From Candidatus Obscuribacterales bacterium (GTDB taxonomy: Bacteria > Cyanobacteriota > Vampirovibrionia > Obscuribacterales > Obscuribacteraceae), in assembly GCA_965228855.1 (NCBI GenBank), contig CBDDIJ010000002.1:992001-1056000 (forward strand): DNA of 64,000 bases, given 5' to 3'. Position 1 is the stretch's first letter; the number at the start of each line of letters is the position of its first letter. Made by a program: the position numbers and the translations under genes. Under the pieces are notes generated by a model, which was not told the DNA's origin, made no database searches, and worked only from the letters and a program-made list of their open reading frames with translations. Shown here in pieces: positions 1 to 10,488 of the stretch.

Positions 1-1003
1 AGCCGCTCCTAAGGCAGCGCCGAAAGTAGCTCCCGCCAAATCGGCTCCGGTGAAAGCTGCTACCAAAGCCCCGGTTGCTAAAGTTGCCGCCAAAACGGAT
101 GAGAAATTGCCGGTATTTCTGGGATTGTCGCCGAAGTATTCATCGGCTGCCAGTGCTCGCGTTCATGTAATTCCGGTTCCCTATGAGCACACGACCAGTT
201 ACAAACAGGGCACTGCTCTGGGACCGCGGGCGGTTCTCGAAGCCAGTCAGGAAGTCGAGCTTTTCGACGATGAACTCTGGATTGAACCGTTCAAGATTGG
301 CGTTCACACAGCTGAGCCGGTTGATATGGCGAGAGTTCAAAGTGGCGAATCGAAACCGTTTCAGACCTTGTACGAAACAGTGAAGCCGCTCGTCGATAAC
401 GATAAATTTCCGCTAGTGATTGGCGGCGAACATTCCTTGACGCTTGGCGCGGTTCGCGCATGTGCCGAACGCTACAAAGATTTGTCGATTCTTCAGGTCG
501 ACGCCCATTGTGATTTGCGCCCGGCTTACGAAGGCGACCCGTATTCGCACGCTTCGATCAGTTACCGTCTCTACGAAAGTTTGCCGAATCCGCTCATCAC
601 CCAAGTCGGCATCCGGAATGTCAGCTGGCAGGAAGCGCGCTGGATGGAGACCGAAACGCCGAAGGTCAATATCTTCTGGGCGCGCATGCAGGACAAATGG
701 AATTTCAACGAAATCGTCAATACATTATCGGACAACGTCTATCTCACGATCGACGTGGACGGTTTAGATTCGAGCATAATGCCCTCGACCGGAACGCCGG
801 AACCGGGTGGAATGAATTGGTATCAGCTCATGGAGCTCATCAAGCATGTTTGCGTTCGCAAAAATGTCGTGGGTGCCGACATTGTGGAACTGTCGCCAAT
901 AGCCGGTCTTCATGCGCCGGACTTCCTGGTCGCGAAGTTGGCGTATAAGCTGATCGGCTATCGATTTGCGCTTGAGCTGGGCGTCACCAAGAAATATGTT
1001 TAG
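1..1003 (+). CDS. speB: Agmatinase (ureohydrolase family), 5'-partial, with Ala/Lys/Pro-rich N-terminal extension
   Basis: Motifs GGEHS, DAHCD, DVDGLD, TGTPEPGG; frame stays open from the window edge (AAPKAAPKVAPAKSAPVK...). Confidence 0.9.
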   Translation, partial: AAPKAAPKVAPAKSAPVKAATKAPVAKVAAKTDEKLPVFLGLSPKYSSAASARVHVIPVPYEHTTSYKQGTALGPRAVLEASQEVELFDDELWIEPFKIGVHTAEPVDMARVQSGESKPFQTLYETVKPLVDNDKFPLVIGGEHSLTLGAVRACAERYKDLSILQVDAHCDLRPAYEGDPYSHASISYRLYESLPNPLITQVGIRNVSWQEARWMETETPKVNIFWARMQDKWNFNEIVNTLSDNVYLTIDVDGLDSSIMPSTGTPEPGGMNWYQLMELIKHVCVRKNVVGADIVELSPIAGLHAPDFLVAKLAYKLIGYRFALELGVTKKYV

Positions 1004-1016
1004 TTGAAACGACTGC

Positions 1017-1050
1017 AAAAAAATGGAGAGACCTTTCGATCTCTCCTGTT
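1017..1050. terminator. Putative intrinsic terminator after speB
   Basis: ggagag..tctctcc stem with upstream A-tract. Confidence 0.45.
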
Positions 1051-1355
1051 AATGATTGCTAGCCGCTTTCTGTATGCTGACAGTTTTTTTGATTGCCCCG
1101 CCTGGGGATTACCTCGTTCTTGCCGTCGCCTTTTTTTAGAGAAACAACTCGACCACCCCTGACCGAGTTAGATAGCAACTTGAGCGACTTAGTAAACTCT
1201 CTTCGGAATCACCCTCATAATTCCTCAGGGTCCCTAGAACAATTCCTCAACAACACCCCTGCGTCTTGGAACTTCGCTCGTTCGTTGGTAAGTGAATCTA
1301 TGCGAGAACAAAAATTTCTGGACACGATTTTGGAAATTAATTGGATTTAATAATC

Positions 1356-1835
1356 GTGAGTGGCAAAACCTTCGATTTCCAATACTGGATGAAGCAGGCG
1401 CTGGCTGAAGCGGCGAGAGTGGCTAGCGGCTCAGTGCGAGACGTTCCAGTCGGCTGCTTGATTCTCAAAGACGATGAGATTCTCGCCAGCGGTCACAATG
1501 AGCGCGAAGAAAAACAGGACCCGACCGCTCATGCTGAATTGATTGCCATACGGTCTGCGGCTAAACAGCTTCAATCCTGGCGACTGACTGATTGCACGCT
1601 TATCGTCACGCTCGAACCCTGTGCGATGTGCGCCGAAGCGATTATTCAGTCCAGAATTTCCACGCTCGTCTTCGGTGCCTACGATCCTCGCTCTGGCGCC
1701 TGCGGATCGGCGTTCAATCTTTTTGTTTCCGGTCGCAGCTACCCCTTGCCTGAAATAATCGGGGGTATAAACGAAGATGAGTGCCAACGCATGCTAGCCG
1801 AATTCTTTAAGTCTGTGAGAAACAGCCGCGAGTGA
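1356..1835 (+). CDS. tadA: tRNA adenosine deaminase TadA
   Basis: HAE and PCxxC (PCAMC) zinc motifs, VPVGC, TLEPC, FGAYDP; start uncertain (TTG 1341 or GTG 1356). Confidence 0.88.
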   Translation: MSGKTFDFQYWMKQALAEAARVASGSVRDVPVGCLILKDDEILASGHNEREEKQDPTAHAELIAIRSAAKQLQSWRLTDCTLIVTLEPCAMCAEAIIQSRISTLVFGAYDPRSGACGSAFNLFVSGRSYPLPEIIGGINEDECQRMLAEFFKSVRNSRE

Positions 1836-3772
1836 TAGTAATGAAACGATTGAATGGTGCGATCATCGCCGTGTTGCTATCCAGTGTGGTGGCATCGAAC
1901 CTCCTTCCGCTCGCGCGTGCTTCGACGCCTTTGAAACCGACAGCTGGTTCGAGCACCGCCGGTGATGGCGATGGTTCTGAACGGTCTGGCGAGAAGAACA
2001 GCGATGCACCTCAAAATCCTCGTCTGCGCAAAATCTACGATGCTCTGGTCGAGTTTCGCTCCGATGATGCTTTGACAAATCTTGTGCCCATCATCAATCA
2101 ACAAGGCAAAAGAGGTTTTAAAACAGAAGCGAGTCGGTTGGCAATGGCTCGGCTTCTGGTTCTGGCTGGATATGCTTACTACATAGACGAAAATCTGGAT
2201 GCCGGCATTCAGATGTTTTCGCTCGCGAATAAGCTCTGTCCGGATGACTATGTCGCCAAATGTGGCTTGGCAAACGGATTGCGAGATGTGCCTGACTTCG
2301 AGGCGGAAAAGAAGTTGATAGCTGAGCTCGAAGAACTTCCGGACTCAGAGAAAAACGTAATTGTCCATATTACGCTGGCGCGGCATTATAAGCGGATTGG
2401 CGAGTACGATAAAGCTCTCGCGCATGTGAAAGAAGTAGAAAAACTTGATGTTGAAAAACGAGATGTTAATTCGCAGTCCCTGTATGCGCGTACGCTCGTC
2501 GTTGATGGATACGGTAAACCGGCGGCGCTGAAGTTCAAAGAGGCTGCTGCAAGAACCAGCAATTTATACATGCGCGAAATTTTTCTAGCGAACGCGGCGC
2601 TGATTGAACAGAACGAATCGGCTCAGGAAGAACACCTTCGTAAGGCTGGGAAGCTCTACCCGGGTGACCCGATTTGGCGAACGAAACTGGCTGAGTTTGA
2701 TTTCGGTCACGATCGAGAGGCGGAAGGTTTCGACCTGCTGCAGCAAGCTCTGCTGGGCAAGCGCGTTTCAGCGACCGCGTACATGAAGATGGCGAGACAT
2801 CTCTGGGTGAATAAGCGCTATGACGAAGCGGAAGAGTGCATGCGGCATTATCAAAAACGCGTTCGTGCATCGGTAGAGTCGCAGGCGTTAATAGCCGAGA
2901 TTTACGATGCGAGGGGAGCCGCAGAGAAATGCGAGAAGACGTTCGATAATGTGATTGCGCGCGATCGGTTTCAACCAGGCGCTTATGAAAACCTGGCCAA
3001 GCACTTTATGTTTAAAACGAAAACACCCGAGCGAGCACTGCCTGTGGCGGCTGAGTTCGTTAAGGCTATGCCGAATTGCTGGGCGTCGCACTTTCTGCAG
3101 GCAAAGGCTCTGAACGTGAATGATCAGTTGACGCGTGCCGCTGTTGCGGCGCAAGCGGGATTGAAACTGTTGTCTCAGCCCGCTTCGGAGTTGAATCTTT
3201 ATGCCTCTCACGAGGCGGCGCATGCGCATGCCATTATCGGAGCGAAGCTGTACGTTGATGGAAAACGTGATGAGGCGCTTGCCGAGGCGAAACTGTTTAA
3301 CAGCATGAAATTCAATCCGCAGCTGCCCGCCTACCTGCGAGTGATCGTAATGCGTCCAGGCAAGCTGGTTTTCGGAGATAAACCGGAGCAGGAAAATGTC
3401 GCACTCGCTGATATGTTGCTTGAGACCGGGCGAGTCGACGAGTGTGAAAAGGAGTATCGTGAGGCGTTAAAACTGAGCGCAGACGACCAGGACATTCGTG
3501 GATATCTGCTGCATGCTCTATCGAAGAAGGGCGACTGGGGCGCGGCGGCGAAGGAAAATTTTGTGTATTCGCAACAAGTGGTGAATAAAATTCCAGCGAC
3601 CGTGGACGAGTGGACCAAGGGGAAGAAGCCGGACGCGAAGCCTGTTTCCAAGGATCAGGATGTGGAACGCGATGCGAAGCCGGTTTCCACTGGGCTTGAT
3701 GTGAAACACGATGCGAAGCCTGTTTCCACTGAGCTTGATGTGAAACGAGAGGCGAAAGCGGTTTCCAAATAA
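1832..3772 (+). CDS. Secreted TPR-repeat protein
   Basis: Signal-peptide-like N-terminus, helical TPR-like periodicity, C-terminal 13-aa repeats. Confidence 0.75.
   Translation: MIVMKRLNGAIIAVLLSSVVASNLLPLARASTPLKPTAGSSTAGDGDGSERSGEKNSDAPQNPRLRKIYDALVEFRSDDALTNLVPIINQQGKRGFKTEASRLAMARLLVLAGYAYYIDENLDAGIQMFSLANKLCPDDYVAKCGLANGLRDVPDFEAEKKLIAELEELPDSEKNVIVHITLARHYKRIGEYDKALAHVKEVEKLDVEKRDVNSQSLYARTLVVDGYGKPAALKFKEAAARTSNLYMREIFLANAALIEQNESAQEEHLRKAGKLYPGDPIWRTKLAEFDFGHDREAEGFDLLQQALLGKRVSATAYMKMARHLWVNKRYDEAEECMRHYQKRVRASVESQALIAEIYDARGAAEKCEKTFDNVIARDRFQPGAYENLAKHFMFKTKTPERALPVAAEFVKAMPNCWASHFLQAKALNVNDQLTRAAVAAQAGLKLLSQPASELNLYASHEAAHAHAIIGAKLYVDGKRDEALAEAKLFNSMKFNPQLPAYLRVIVMRPGKLVFGDKPEQENVALADMLLETGRVDECEKEYREALKLSADDQDIRGYLLHALSKKGDWGAAAKENFVYSQQVVNKIPATVDEWTKGKKPDAKPVSKDQDVERDAKPVSTGLDVKHDAKPVSTELDVKREAKAVSK
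3632..3769 (+). repeat. 39-bp coding tandem repeat (about 3.5 copies, DAKPVSxxxDVxx)
   Basis: Units start at 3632, 3671, 3710, 3749. Confidence 0.9.
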
Positions 3773-3775
3773 AAG

Positions 3776-5092
3776 CTAATCGTCCAGGGAGACCTGACCC
3801 CAGCCGCTGGTCAGGCTTTCGCTTTGATTGATTTCGATAACCTTCCAGGTTCCCGTAATCAAACCGTCAGCGCACTCGTCAAGGTGACGTGCTTGTTCCT
3901 CTCTGTGAGTGCTTTTCAGCAGGTTGGCGTAACTCTTCAGAATCGATAGTGTCTCCGGATGATTCGGACCGAACAGGCGCTGCTTCATTGTCATGCCGCG
4001 CTGATAGTAAGTTTCGGCGTGGTCGTATTTTCGTTGAACGTGAAAAAGCGTCGCCAGATTGTGAAGTGCGCACGACAGATCCTTGCCTTCTTTCCCCTCG
4101 ACGCTCTCGAAGGTTTCTACCGCAGTGCGAGCCAGTTTCTCAGCTTTCGGATAGTCGCACATTGCGTAATAAAGCTTGGCTAGATTGCTTGCGGCGTGCC
4201 CGACGGCTGAGTGATTCTTGCCGAGCACACGCTGTTTGATGTCGAAAGATTTTTGGAAACAACGCTCGGCGTCTTTGTACTTCTCTGCGCGCAGTGACAT
4301 CTCGGCGATTGATTCGAGAGCGTAGCAATGGTCGGGGTTGTTTTCGTCAGTGCCTCGCGCCACTGGAAGTGCCATAATCCAAATTCGGAGCGCCTCCATC
4401 GTATCGCCTTTTTGCAACGCTCTTTCGGCTTCGGCTCTGTACTGAGCGAACGTTGCGTTTGCGCCAAGTGAGAATTCGTCTGTCGACTGGGGTGGTCGAG
4501 GCGTTGATGGACTGTCGAGCTTGCTCTCTGCTACGGATTTCTCAGGCTTTTGATACGCGGCGAATGTTCCGGTTTTTTTCCATTGCTTCTTAGTCGGCAT
4601 CGACGCGCTGGTGCGAAGTTGCACAGCTTCCTGCGGTCTGTCCATGGTTTGAAGAAGGTCTGCGAAGCTGCTCAAGAGCTGCTGTACGTCAGGGTTTTGC
4701 TGTCCCAGTGTGCTGGTTTTTATGCTAAGTGCGCGGCGATAGAGCTGTTCGGCATCCGGATAATTGCCCTGAAGATGGTAGATGCGGGCGACGTTTCCCG
4801 CTATGGCGCCGACGTCGTGATGGTCGGGACCGAGCACGCTCTCGTATATGCGCAGCGACCGCGCTCCATAGAACAAAGCCTCATCGAGTCTGTTGAGGAA
4901 CCACAGGCACTCGGACAGTTTTTCCAAAGTAAAAGCTAAACGTCTGTCGTTCTCGCCGAAGTCTTCAGCCTCTTCGAGCGCCAGCATCCAGGTGGCTTCA
5001 GCGAATTCGTACTTGCCTTCCAGGGTCGCCTTGTCGGCGCTGGCTACGTGCTTAGACCATTCCGCAGATTTTTTGTTTGACGCAATTGACAT
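3776..5092 (-). CDS. TPR protein (kinesin-light-chain-like long TPRs), two similar halves
   Basis: Repeats such as LGPDHHDVG..NVARIY..QGNY..AE.LY.RAL.I; both halves end in a W..TG/TG.W segment. Confidence 0.85.
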   Translation of the reverse strand: MSIASNKKSAEWSKHVASADKATLEGKYEFAEATWMLALEEAEDFGENDRRLAFTLEKLSECLWFLNRLDEALFYGARSLRIYESVLGPDHHDVGAIAGNVARIYHLQGNYPDAEQLYRRALSIKTSTLGQQNPDVQQLLSSFADLLQTMDRPQEAVQLRTSASMPTKKQWKKTGTFAAYQKPEKSVAESKLDSPSTPRPPQSTDEFSLGANATFAQYRAEAERALQKGDTMEALRIWIMALPVARGTDENNPDHCYALESIAEMSLRAEKYKDAERCFQKSFDIKQRVLGKNHSAVGHAASNLAKLYYAMCDYPKAEKLARTAVETFESVEGKEGKDLSCALHNLATLFHVQRKYDHAETYYQRGMTMKQRLFGPNHPETLSILKSYANLLKSTHREEQARHLDECADGLITGTWKVIEINQSESLTSGWGQVSLDD

Positions 5093-5328
5093 GAGGAGCC
5101 TGTCCTCGGGTGCGAGGCGATGAAGTCGAGACGGCGGAATCCAGGTAAGGTGGTCGGGAGGCGACCGGAAGCGAGTCCGCTGCCGGACTCGGGTTCGAGC
5201 AGGTCAGGGTTCGGATGGTAATAGGTTATTACCCTGATTCCCGCTCTTAATATCAGATCGTATCAACGTCGCCGCGAGCCGTCAAAGCAGCATTGAAACT
5301 ATTTGACCCTTGACTATGAGAGCATCTC

Positions 5329-5566
5329 TACTATATGGATTACTAGCTTTCCCGTGCTCGGAAAGTCACACAGCTTGGGCGATTAGCTAAACGGACCTGC
5401 TCGGGATAGGCGTCAAAAACGGCTCGTTGTCTACGGTACGTAGACGATTTTCGCTAATTCCGTCATCGGGTCATAGACAACGAGCCTCTGCTTCCGAAAC
5501 CACAATCGTATAAATCCAGACTATTGGGACGTCTCGGCTGTTTAGCGTATACGAAAAAATATAGTA
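5329..5566. repeat. Box-bounded element: box 5329-5345, 54-bp symmetric core 5427-5480, box 5550-5566
   Basis: TACTA-tatggat-TACTA ... ttgtctac-N6-tagacg-N14-cgtcat-N6-atagacaa ... TACGA-aaaaata-TAGTA; also shares cttgggcgatt with the 39-kb units. Confidence 0.7.
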
Positions 5567-5627
5567 GGCGGGTTTGGAGGAAGCGGACCCGAAGCCCTCG
5601 GTTCTGAGAGGTCTTTCGGGTCCGCTT
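5550..5627 (-). terminator. Terminal hairpin (5581-5627) plus TACTA-N7-TAGTA-type box (5550-5566)
   Basis: aagcggacccgaa/ttcgggtccgctt stem; box 14 nt downstream on the minus strand. Confidence 0.75.
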
Positions 5628-5706
5628 TGCTGGTCTACGAAGTCACTCTTCGTAATTCAGGCTCGTGTCTCGCTATCCGCAGACGCGACCGGTTCCACGT
5701 CTTAAC

Positions 5707-6108
5707 TCAATGCACGAGAACGTTTAGCGTGTAAAAACTGCGACCGTTTTTGTTTGCGGGCAAGCGCACTTGAATGACTCCCTGACCGGCGCGGCGAGCG
5801 CGGAAAGTGGCAACGGTTCCGATGGGACCGCCGGGCATTTTTATAAACAGCTCGCCGCGGCCGTCAGTCGCGAAGTGAGTAATTTGAATTCCCTGAGTGC
5901 TGCCCCCGCCTTGTTTCACAAAGGTGAGGGTGCCGCCGGTTGCCAGATTCACTGTCACCGGTGGGTGGTCGACGTCGACTGTGACGTTAAACATTCCGGA
6001 CTGTGGCGGTACTGCGACGGCGACAGAGTTGGGATTGTTGACGATCGCGTAGGACAGGCAGGAAACGGTCATGGCGATGAGGAAGCCGGTGATGATGTTG
6101 CGCTTCAT
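5707..6108 (-). CDS. Hypothetical exported protein
   Basis: MKRNIITGFLIAM signal-like start, GGAG upstream, beta-rich body. Confidence 0.6.
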   Translation of the reverse strand: MKRNIITGFLIAMTVSCLSYAIVNNPNSVAVAVPPQSGMFNVTVDVDHPPVTVNLATGGTLTFVKQGGGSTQGIQITHFATDGRGELFIKMPGGPIGTVATFRARRAGQGVIQVRLPANKNGRSFYTLNVLVH

Positions 6109-6327
6109 GAGAAGCTCCAAAAGCTGCGCCCGTGATTACGAGCGCAAGAACTGAGCAATCGCGTCTATGCGATTCGCTAAGCGACGGACGCAACGAGCGT
6201 CCGCCGCGAGATCTGGTGGCACAACACGACAGCCGCGTGTCGTGATGTTTATGCATATCCGAACGCTGTGCGCGTTCTGATGTTTGTTTGAATCAGGCAG
6301 TTCTGGAACGTAATGCTTATGCCTGAA

Positions 6328-7332
6328 TCATGCCGGCGACTGTGTCGCTTCGGTTTCGCAGATGGTATCGCTGGTGGTGTTGGTGCTGGGGGCTTCTTGT
6401 TGCAAGTCGTCCAGGAACCATTGCGCGTTCAACGCCGCCATGCATCCAGCGCCGGCTGCGGTAATCGCTTGCCGGTAGCGATCGTCTTGAACATCGCCAG
6501 CCGCGAAAACGCCCGGGATGTTCGTTTTGGTTTCGAGGGTCTTGATATAACCTCGTGAGGTCAGTTCAAGTTGCCCCTGGAACAGCGACGTGTTCGGTTC
6601 GTGGCCGATGGCTACGAACAGTCCGGCAATCTCCAAATCAGTGGTTGTCAGCGTCTTCAGGTTTTTGACGCGGACCGCAGTGACACTGCCGGTGCCACCA
6701 TCAAGGATGTCTTCGACGACCGAGTCGAGGACGAACTTGATTTTGGGATTCTCCTGAGCCCGGCTAACCATGATGGACGACGCGCGAAAACTGTCGCGAC
6801 GATGAATGAGAGTCACTGAGTTGGCGAAGCGGGTCAGAAAGATAGCCTCTTCGAAAGCCGCATCGCCACCGCCGACGACTGCAACGTCCTTTCCTCGAAA
6901 GAAGAACCCGTCACAGGTCGCGCAGACGGATACGCCCCGGCCCATCAATGTGCGCTCGGCTGGGATTCCGATCTTGCGGGCGGCGGCGCCGGTTGTGATG
7001 ATTAGTGCATCGCAGAGGATTTCCTGTTCCTCTGTGACGATAGCGATCGGACGCTGATTGAGACGGACGGAAACGGCATTCTCCGAGACAAACGTGGTGC
7101 CGAAGCGAAGCGCTTGCTTGCGCATTTCGTCCATCAGCACTGGTCCTTGAACGCCCTCAGAGAAACCGGGAAAGTTCTCGACTTCCGAAGTCGACATAAG
7201 TTGGCCGCCGGAAGGAATTCCTTCGATGACCACTGGATTGAGCTGACCGCGAGCCGCATAAATAGCTGCGGTTAAGCCGGCAGGTCCACCGCCGAGAATT
7301 GCGAGTTTAGTTTTCATGGACATAGGCTTCAT
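6328..7332 (-). CDS. trxB: Thioredoxin-disulfide reductase
   Basis: GGGPAG, CATCDG, GGGDAA, HRR, GVFAAGD, QAITAAG motifs. Confidence 0.95.
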   Translation of the reverse strand: MKPMSMKTKLAILGGGPAGLTAAIYAARGQLNPVVIEGIPSGGQLMSTSEVENFPGFSEGVQGPVLMDEMRKQALRFGTTFVSENAVSVRLNQRPIAIVTEEQEILCDALIITTGAAARKIGIPAERTLMGRGVSVCATCDGFFFRGKDVAVVGGGDAAFEEAIFLTRFANSVTLIHRRDSFRASSIMVSRAQENPKIKFVLDSVVEDILDGGTGSVTAVRVKNLKTLTTTDLEIAGLFVAIGHEPNTSLFQGQLELTSRGYIKTLETKTNIPGVFAAGDVQDDRYRQAITAAGAGCMAALNAQWFLDDLQQEAPSTNTTSDTICETEATQSPA

Positions 7333-8096
7333 CCTGTAGAATCAGGTTTGGTTTGGCCATTCGTGCAATCGTGCGCGCAGATCCGAGAACGAGGTTTGTC
7401 GTTCGTTTCGGCTTCGTTGCTTCGCAAGGCAGATGCAGCGTGGTTTTTGGTGTTGGCCTTGAGTTTGGAGTGAAAGAGGTGTAGTCAGACCAAGCTACCG
7501 CTGTCAGCCGGGTGAAACCTAGAGGCGTGACAACTGCTCCGGGTTTGTTTTTAGTTCATCTCGTTGCATGCATGCTCTTGTGAAATCGGTGGTGCGTTAG
7601 CTTGTTACTGGAGAGCCAGGCCTAGAGTGTGTTTAGCGGCGTGGAAAAAGCTAAAGGGAGAATAAATTGTTGTGCGAGCTGAGCAAGTTCGCTTGCCGGT
7701 TGAGGTCCGCTATCGGAACTTCGCTAGCGCGATGACGAATAAACTCCTGTTTAAGAACTAAGGCTTATTTGATTGGTAGAGCCATGCGAGATTTAGGTTT
7801 AGAAGTTTATACCTCCAGCCAATAGGTCATGTTGCGCGTTCTTATTGCTGTTTCGTGCACATGAGGCGCGGATAAGGTTTTGATCTCAAACTGCACACAA
7901 GCTATTTGAGTTTCGCTTCAGAAGGCTTAGGGTCGAGTAGTCATCCCCTGTCCCCAGCTTTGCCTGACTCGCTCGCCGCAACTTTAGTCTAGTCATCGCA
8001 AATAGTCGCTAAGCTGGTAGCAATGCCGGATGAAGAAGTTCGTTCACACGCAGCATTAGCTGCGGCTCTCACCAATGTTTGAGCAAAGGAGATAAC

Positions 8097-9707
8097 ATGA
8101 GGCTTTCACTCGAGTCCCTCGGACACATGAGAAGCCGATTCGCTTCGACCGTGATTGGCGCTGACCTGTCGCGGCTTTCGGAGGGCAATCGTCTTGCCGT
8201 CGCCAAACTCATCGAGGCGGCGCGGCTCATGGACGCTGTCTGCGACGAGCAGTATTGGAGCGGTTCTCGCGCCATGCGCTCATCGCTCGAAGCTGACGCC
8301 AGCGAGCTGGGTCAGTCGCGTCTGCAGTTTTTCCGCCTGAATGGCGGTCCCTGGTCGGCTCTCGACCACTACACACCTTTCGTTGAAGATGTTCCGGCGC
8401 GGCCGCCGCACGCCAACTTCTACCCGGAAGACATCACCGCAGCGGAGTTCGAAGCCTGGCTGAAGACCCTGGACGATGCCGAGCGCACCAGGGCAACCGG
8501 CTTTTTCCACGTCATTCGGCGCGACGAGAAGGGCAGTCTGAAGACCGTTCCGTTCTCGGAGGAGTATCGCGAGTTTCTGGAACCGGCGGCACAGCTTCTT
8601 CGCGAGGCTGCCGACCTGACCGATTCCGAGAGTCTGGCGAATTTCCTGCGCCTGCGCGCCGACGCTTTCCTCTCCAACGACTACGCTGCCAGCGACATCG
8701 CCTGGCTGCAGCTCGATTCGCCGATCGAGGTCTGCATTGGACCGTACGAGACCTATCTCGACGAGTTTCGTGGTGCCAAGGCGGCGTTCGAGGCGTACGT
8801 CGCGCTGCGCGATGACGAGAAGACCGACCTGCTCGCCAAGTTCAGCCGCTACATGCAGTTTATCGAAGACCGGCTGCCCATGCACAAGCGCTACCGGAAT
8901 CCGAATGTGGCTTCCGCTGCGCCGATTCGCGTGGTCAATCTGCTTCTCGGTGCCGGCAACGCCAATCACGGCGTGCAGACGGCTGCGTTCAACCTGCCCA
9001 ACGACGACGCTATCGTCGCCGTGCATGGTACGAAGCAGACGATGCTGCGCAATGTTCAGGAGGCGAAGTTCGCCCAGGTGCTGACGCCGATCGGCAAGGA
9101 GCTTCTGCATCCGAGCCATCAGGCGAATCTGTCGTTCGATGCGTTCTTCACCTTCATCCTCATGCACGAGCTGTGTCACGGCCTCGGCCCGCACGGTATC
9201 ACCGTGAAGGGGCGGAAAACGGCTGTGCGTCTCGAACTCAAGGAGACGTATTCCGCGATCGAGGAAGCGAAGGCGGACGTGTGCGGGCTGCTCGCGCTGC
9301 AGATGCTCATCGACGAAGGCGTCGTGGAGCCGAATCTGGCGGACGAGATGTATCACACGTTCGTCGCCGGCATTTTCCGTTCGATTCGCTTCGGCATCGG
9401 CGAGGCGCATGGCGCGAGCAATGTCATGCAGTTCAACTGGCTGCGTGACGCTCGTGCTGTCACCTTCGACACCAAGACGCAGACCTTCAAGGTCAACGTC
9501 AAGCGGGTCAAGGCGGCGCTCAAGGAATTCGCTGCCGTCATTCTGCGCATCGAAGCGCGTGGCGACTACAAGGGCGCGAAGGCGCTGCTGAAGCGCTACG
9601 CCGTCATGCGTCCCGCGACCAAGCGTGCTCTCGATCGGCTGGCTCACGTGCCGGTCGACATCGAGCCCGCGTACACCACGGCGGAGGAACTGACCGCCGC
9701 GAAGTAG
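8097..9707 (+). CDS. Peptidase M49 / dipeptidyl-peptidase III-like metallopeptidase (NUDT3-type HExxH)
   Basis: HELCHGLG, EEAKAD, AFNLPND, IGPYETY motifs; AAGGAG RBS. Confidence 0.88.
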   Translation: MRLSLESLGHMRSRFASTVIGADLSRLSEGNRLAVAKLIEAARLMDAVCDEQYWSGSRAMRSSLEADASELGQSRLQFFRLNGGPWSALDHYTPFVEDVPARPPHANFYPEDITAAEFEAWLKTLDDAERTRATGFFHVIRRDEKGSLKTVPFSEEYREFLEPAAQLLREAADLTDSESLANFLRLRADAFLSNDYAASDIAWLQLDSPIEVCIGPYETYLDEFRGAKAAFEAYVALRDDEKTDLLAKFSRYMQFIEDRLPMHKRYRNPNVASAAPIRVVNLLLGAGNANHGVQTAAFNLPNDDAIVAVHGTKQTMLRNVQEAKFAQVLTPIGKELLHPSHQANLSFDAFFTFILMHELCHGLGPHGITVKGRKTAVRLELKETYSAIEEAKADVCGLLALQMLIDEGVVEPNLADEMYHTFVAGIFRSIRFGIGEAHGASNVMQFNWLRDARAVTFDTKTQTFKVNVKRVKAALKEFAAVILRIEARGDYKGAKALLKRYAVMRPATKRALDRLAHVPVDIEPAYTTAEELTAAK

Positions 9708-9786
9708 CGTTCGGCGAACTAGCCTCGGCAAAGTGGAGTTGCTCCTCTCGGAGACCTCCACAGGGCTCGACTAGCTCTTCGCAAAG

Positions 9787-9859
9787 CTCGGCGCGATGGC
9801 ACCAGAAATGGTGTCATCGCTGCCGAGTCTTCAGAAGGAACCTACTATCGAAGACAGGA
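9787..9859 (+). terminator. Terminal hairpin (9787-9827) plus box (9843-9859)
   Basis: ctcggc-gcgatggcacca GAAA tggtgtcatcgc-t-gccgag; TACTA-tcgaaga-CAGGA 15 nt later. Confidence 0.72.
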
Positions 9860-9937
9860 AAAGTGAACTTTGCAGATGCCGCAACAACGCGGGCTTTTGG
9901 GGGCTCTGAGTCTCTCGGGTATAGGTTTTCGGCGGTT

Positions 9938-10272
9938 ATTCCTACTGCGGCATTGCAGCGGCGATTCTTTGATACCGCGTCAGGAATGTGGATAATAGTC
10001 ATTCTCGATGCCGTATCTGGAACCGAGAGATTTCATGTCCCGAGCCGCATGGATCCGAAAGGCATTTTTTTCGGCGTGAAGAGCAGGCTTTGCGGCTCAT
10101 TAGGCTGGCTGTATGCGGCTCATTCGGTTGGCGGCATAGGAGCTGCGACTCTTTGATGCCGCGTCGGGAATGTGGATTTTAGCCATTCTCGATGCGGTAT
10201 GGGGAACCGAGAGATTTCATGTCCCGAGCCGCATGGAGACAAAGGTATTTTCGGCGTGAAGTAACAGGTTTT
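9938..10272 (-). repeat. Left array of PLD-HTH-1: two ~184-bp direct repeats carrying four 44-bp CGGYAT-N18-ATRCCG-type sites
   Basis: Sites at 9938, 10001, 10122, 10185; ggaaccgagagatttcatgtcccgagccgcatgga is duplicated exactly. Confidence 0.75.
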
Positions 10273-10488
10273 GTTCGTCCCGAGGCGAATGGATGACAGG
10301 GTGTTTTCACGAATGGATTTGAGAACGTCGAGCGCTTAGAGGGGTTGACACTTTATCCGTTGAATTCCGCAGTGAAAAGTTTTCGGTCTGACCATATCCT
10401 GGGATAGTGGATGGGAGGCATGTGACCGAAGCGCTTTGAGGCGCTGTTTTTTCCGGAGATTGGAGCATCGAAGTGAAGTGAGGACCGT

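Noticed and set aside
1093..1350. 85-aa ORF before tadA
   Set aside because: TTG start, no RBS, no motif; probably promoter region.
5550..5566. Box as a LexA, dif or REP site
   Set aside because: Spacing and sequence differ from CTG-N10-CAG and cyanobacterial RGTAC-N4-GTWC LexA boxes and from 11-6-11 dif; it sits at 3' ends; the GTAG is not adjacent to a conserved hairpin as in REPs.
8280..9761. Long antisense or overlapping ORFs (also 15154-16536, 18067-19602, 28223-29224, 42411-43583, 61054-62679)
   Set aside because: Shadow frames of GC3-rich genes that have clear family motifs in another frame.
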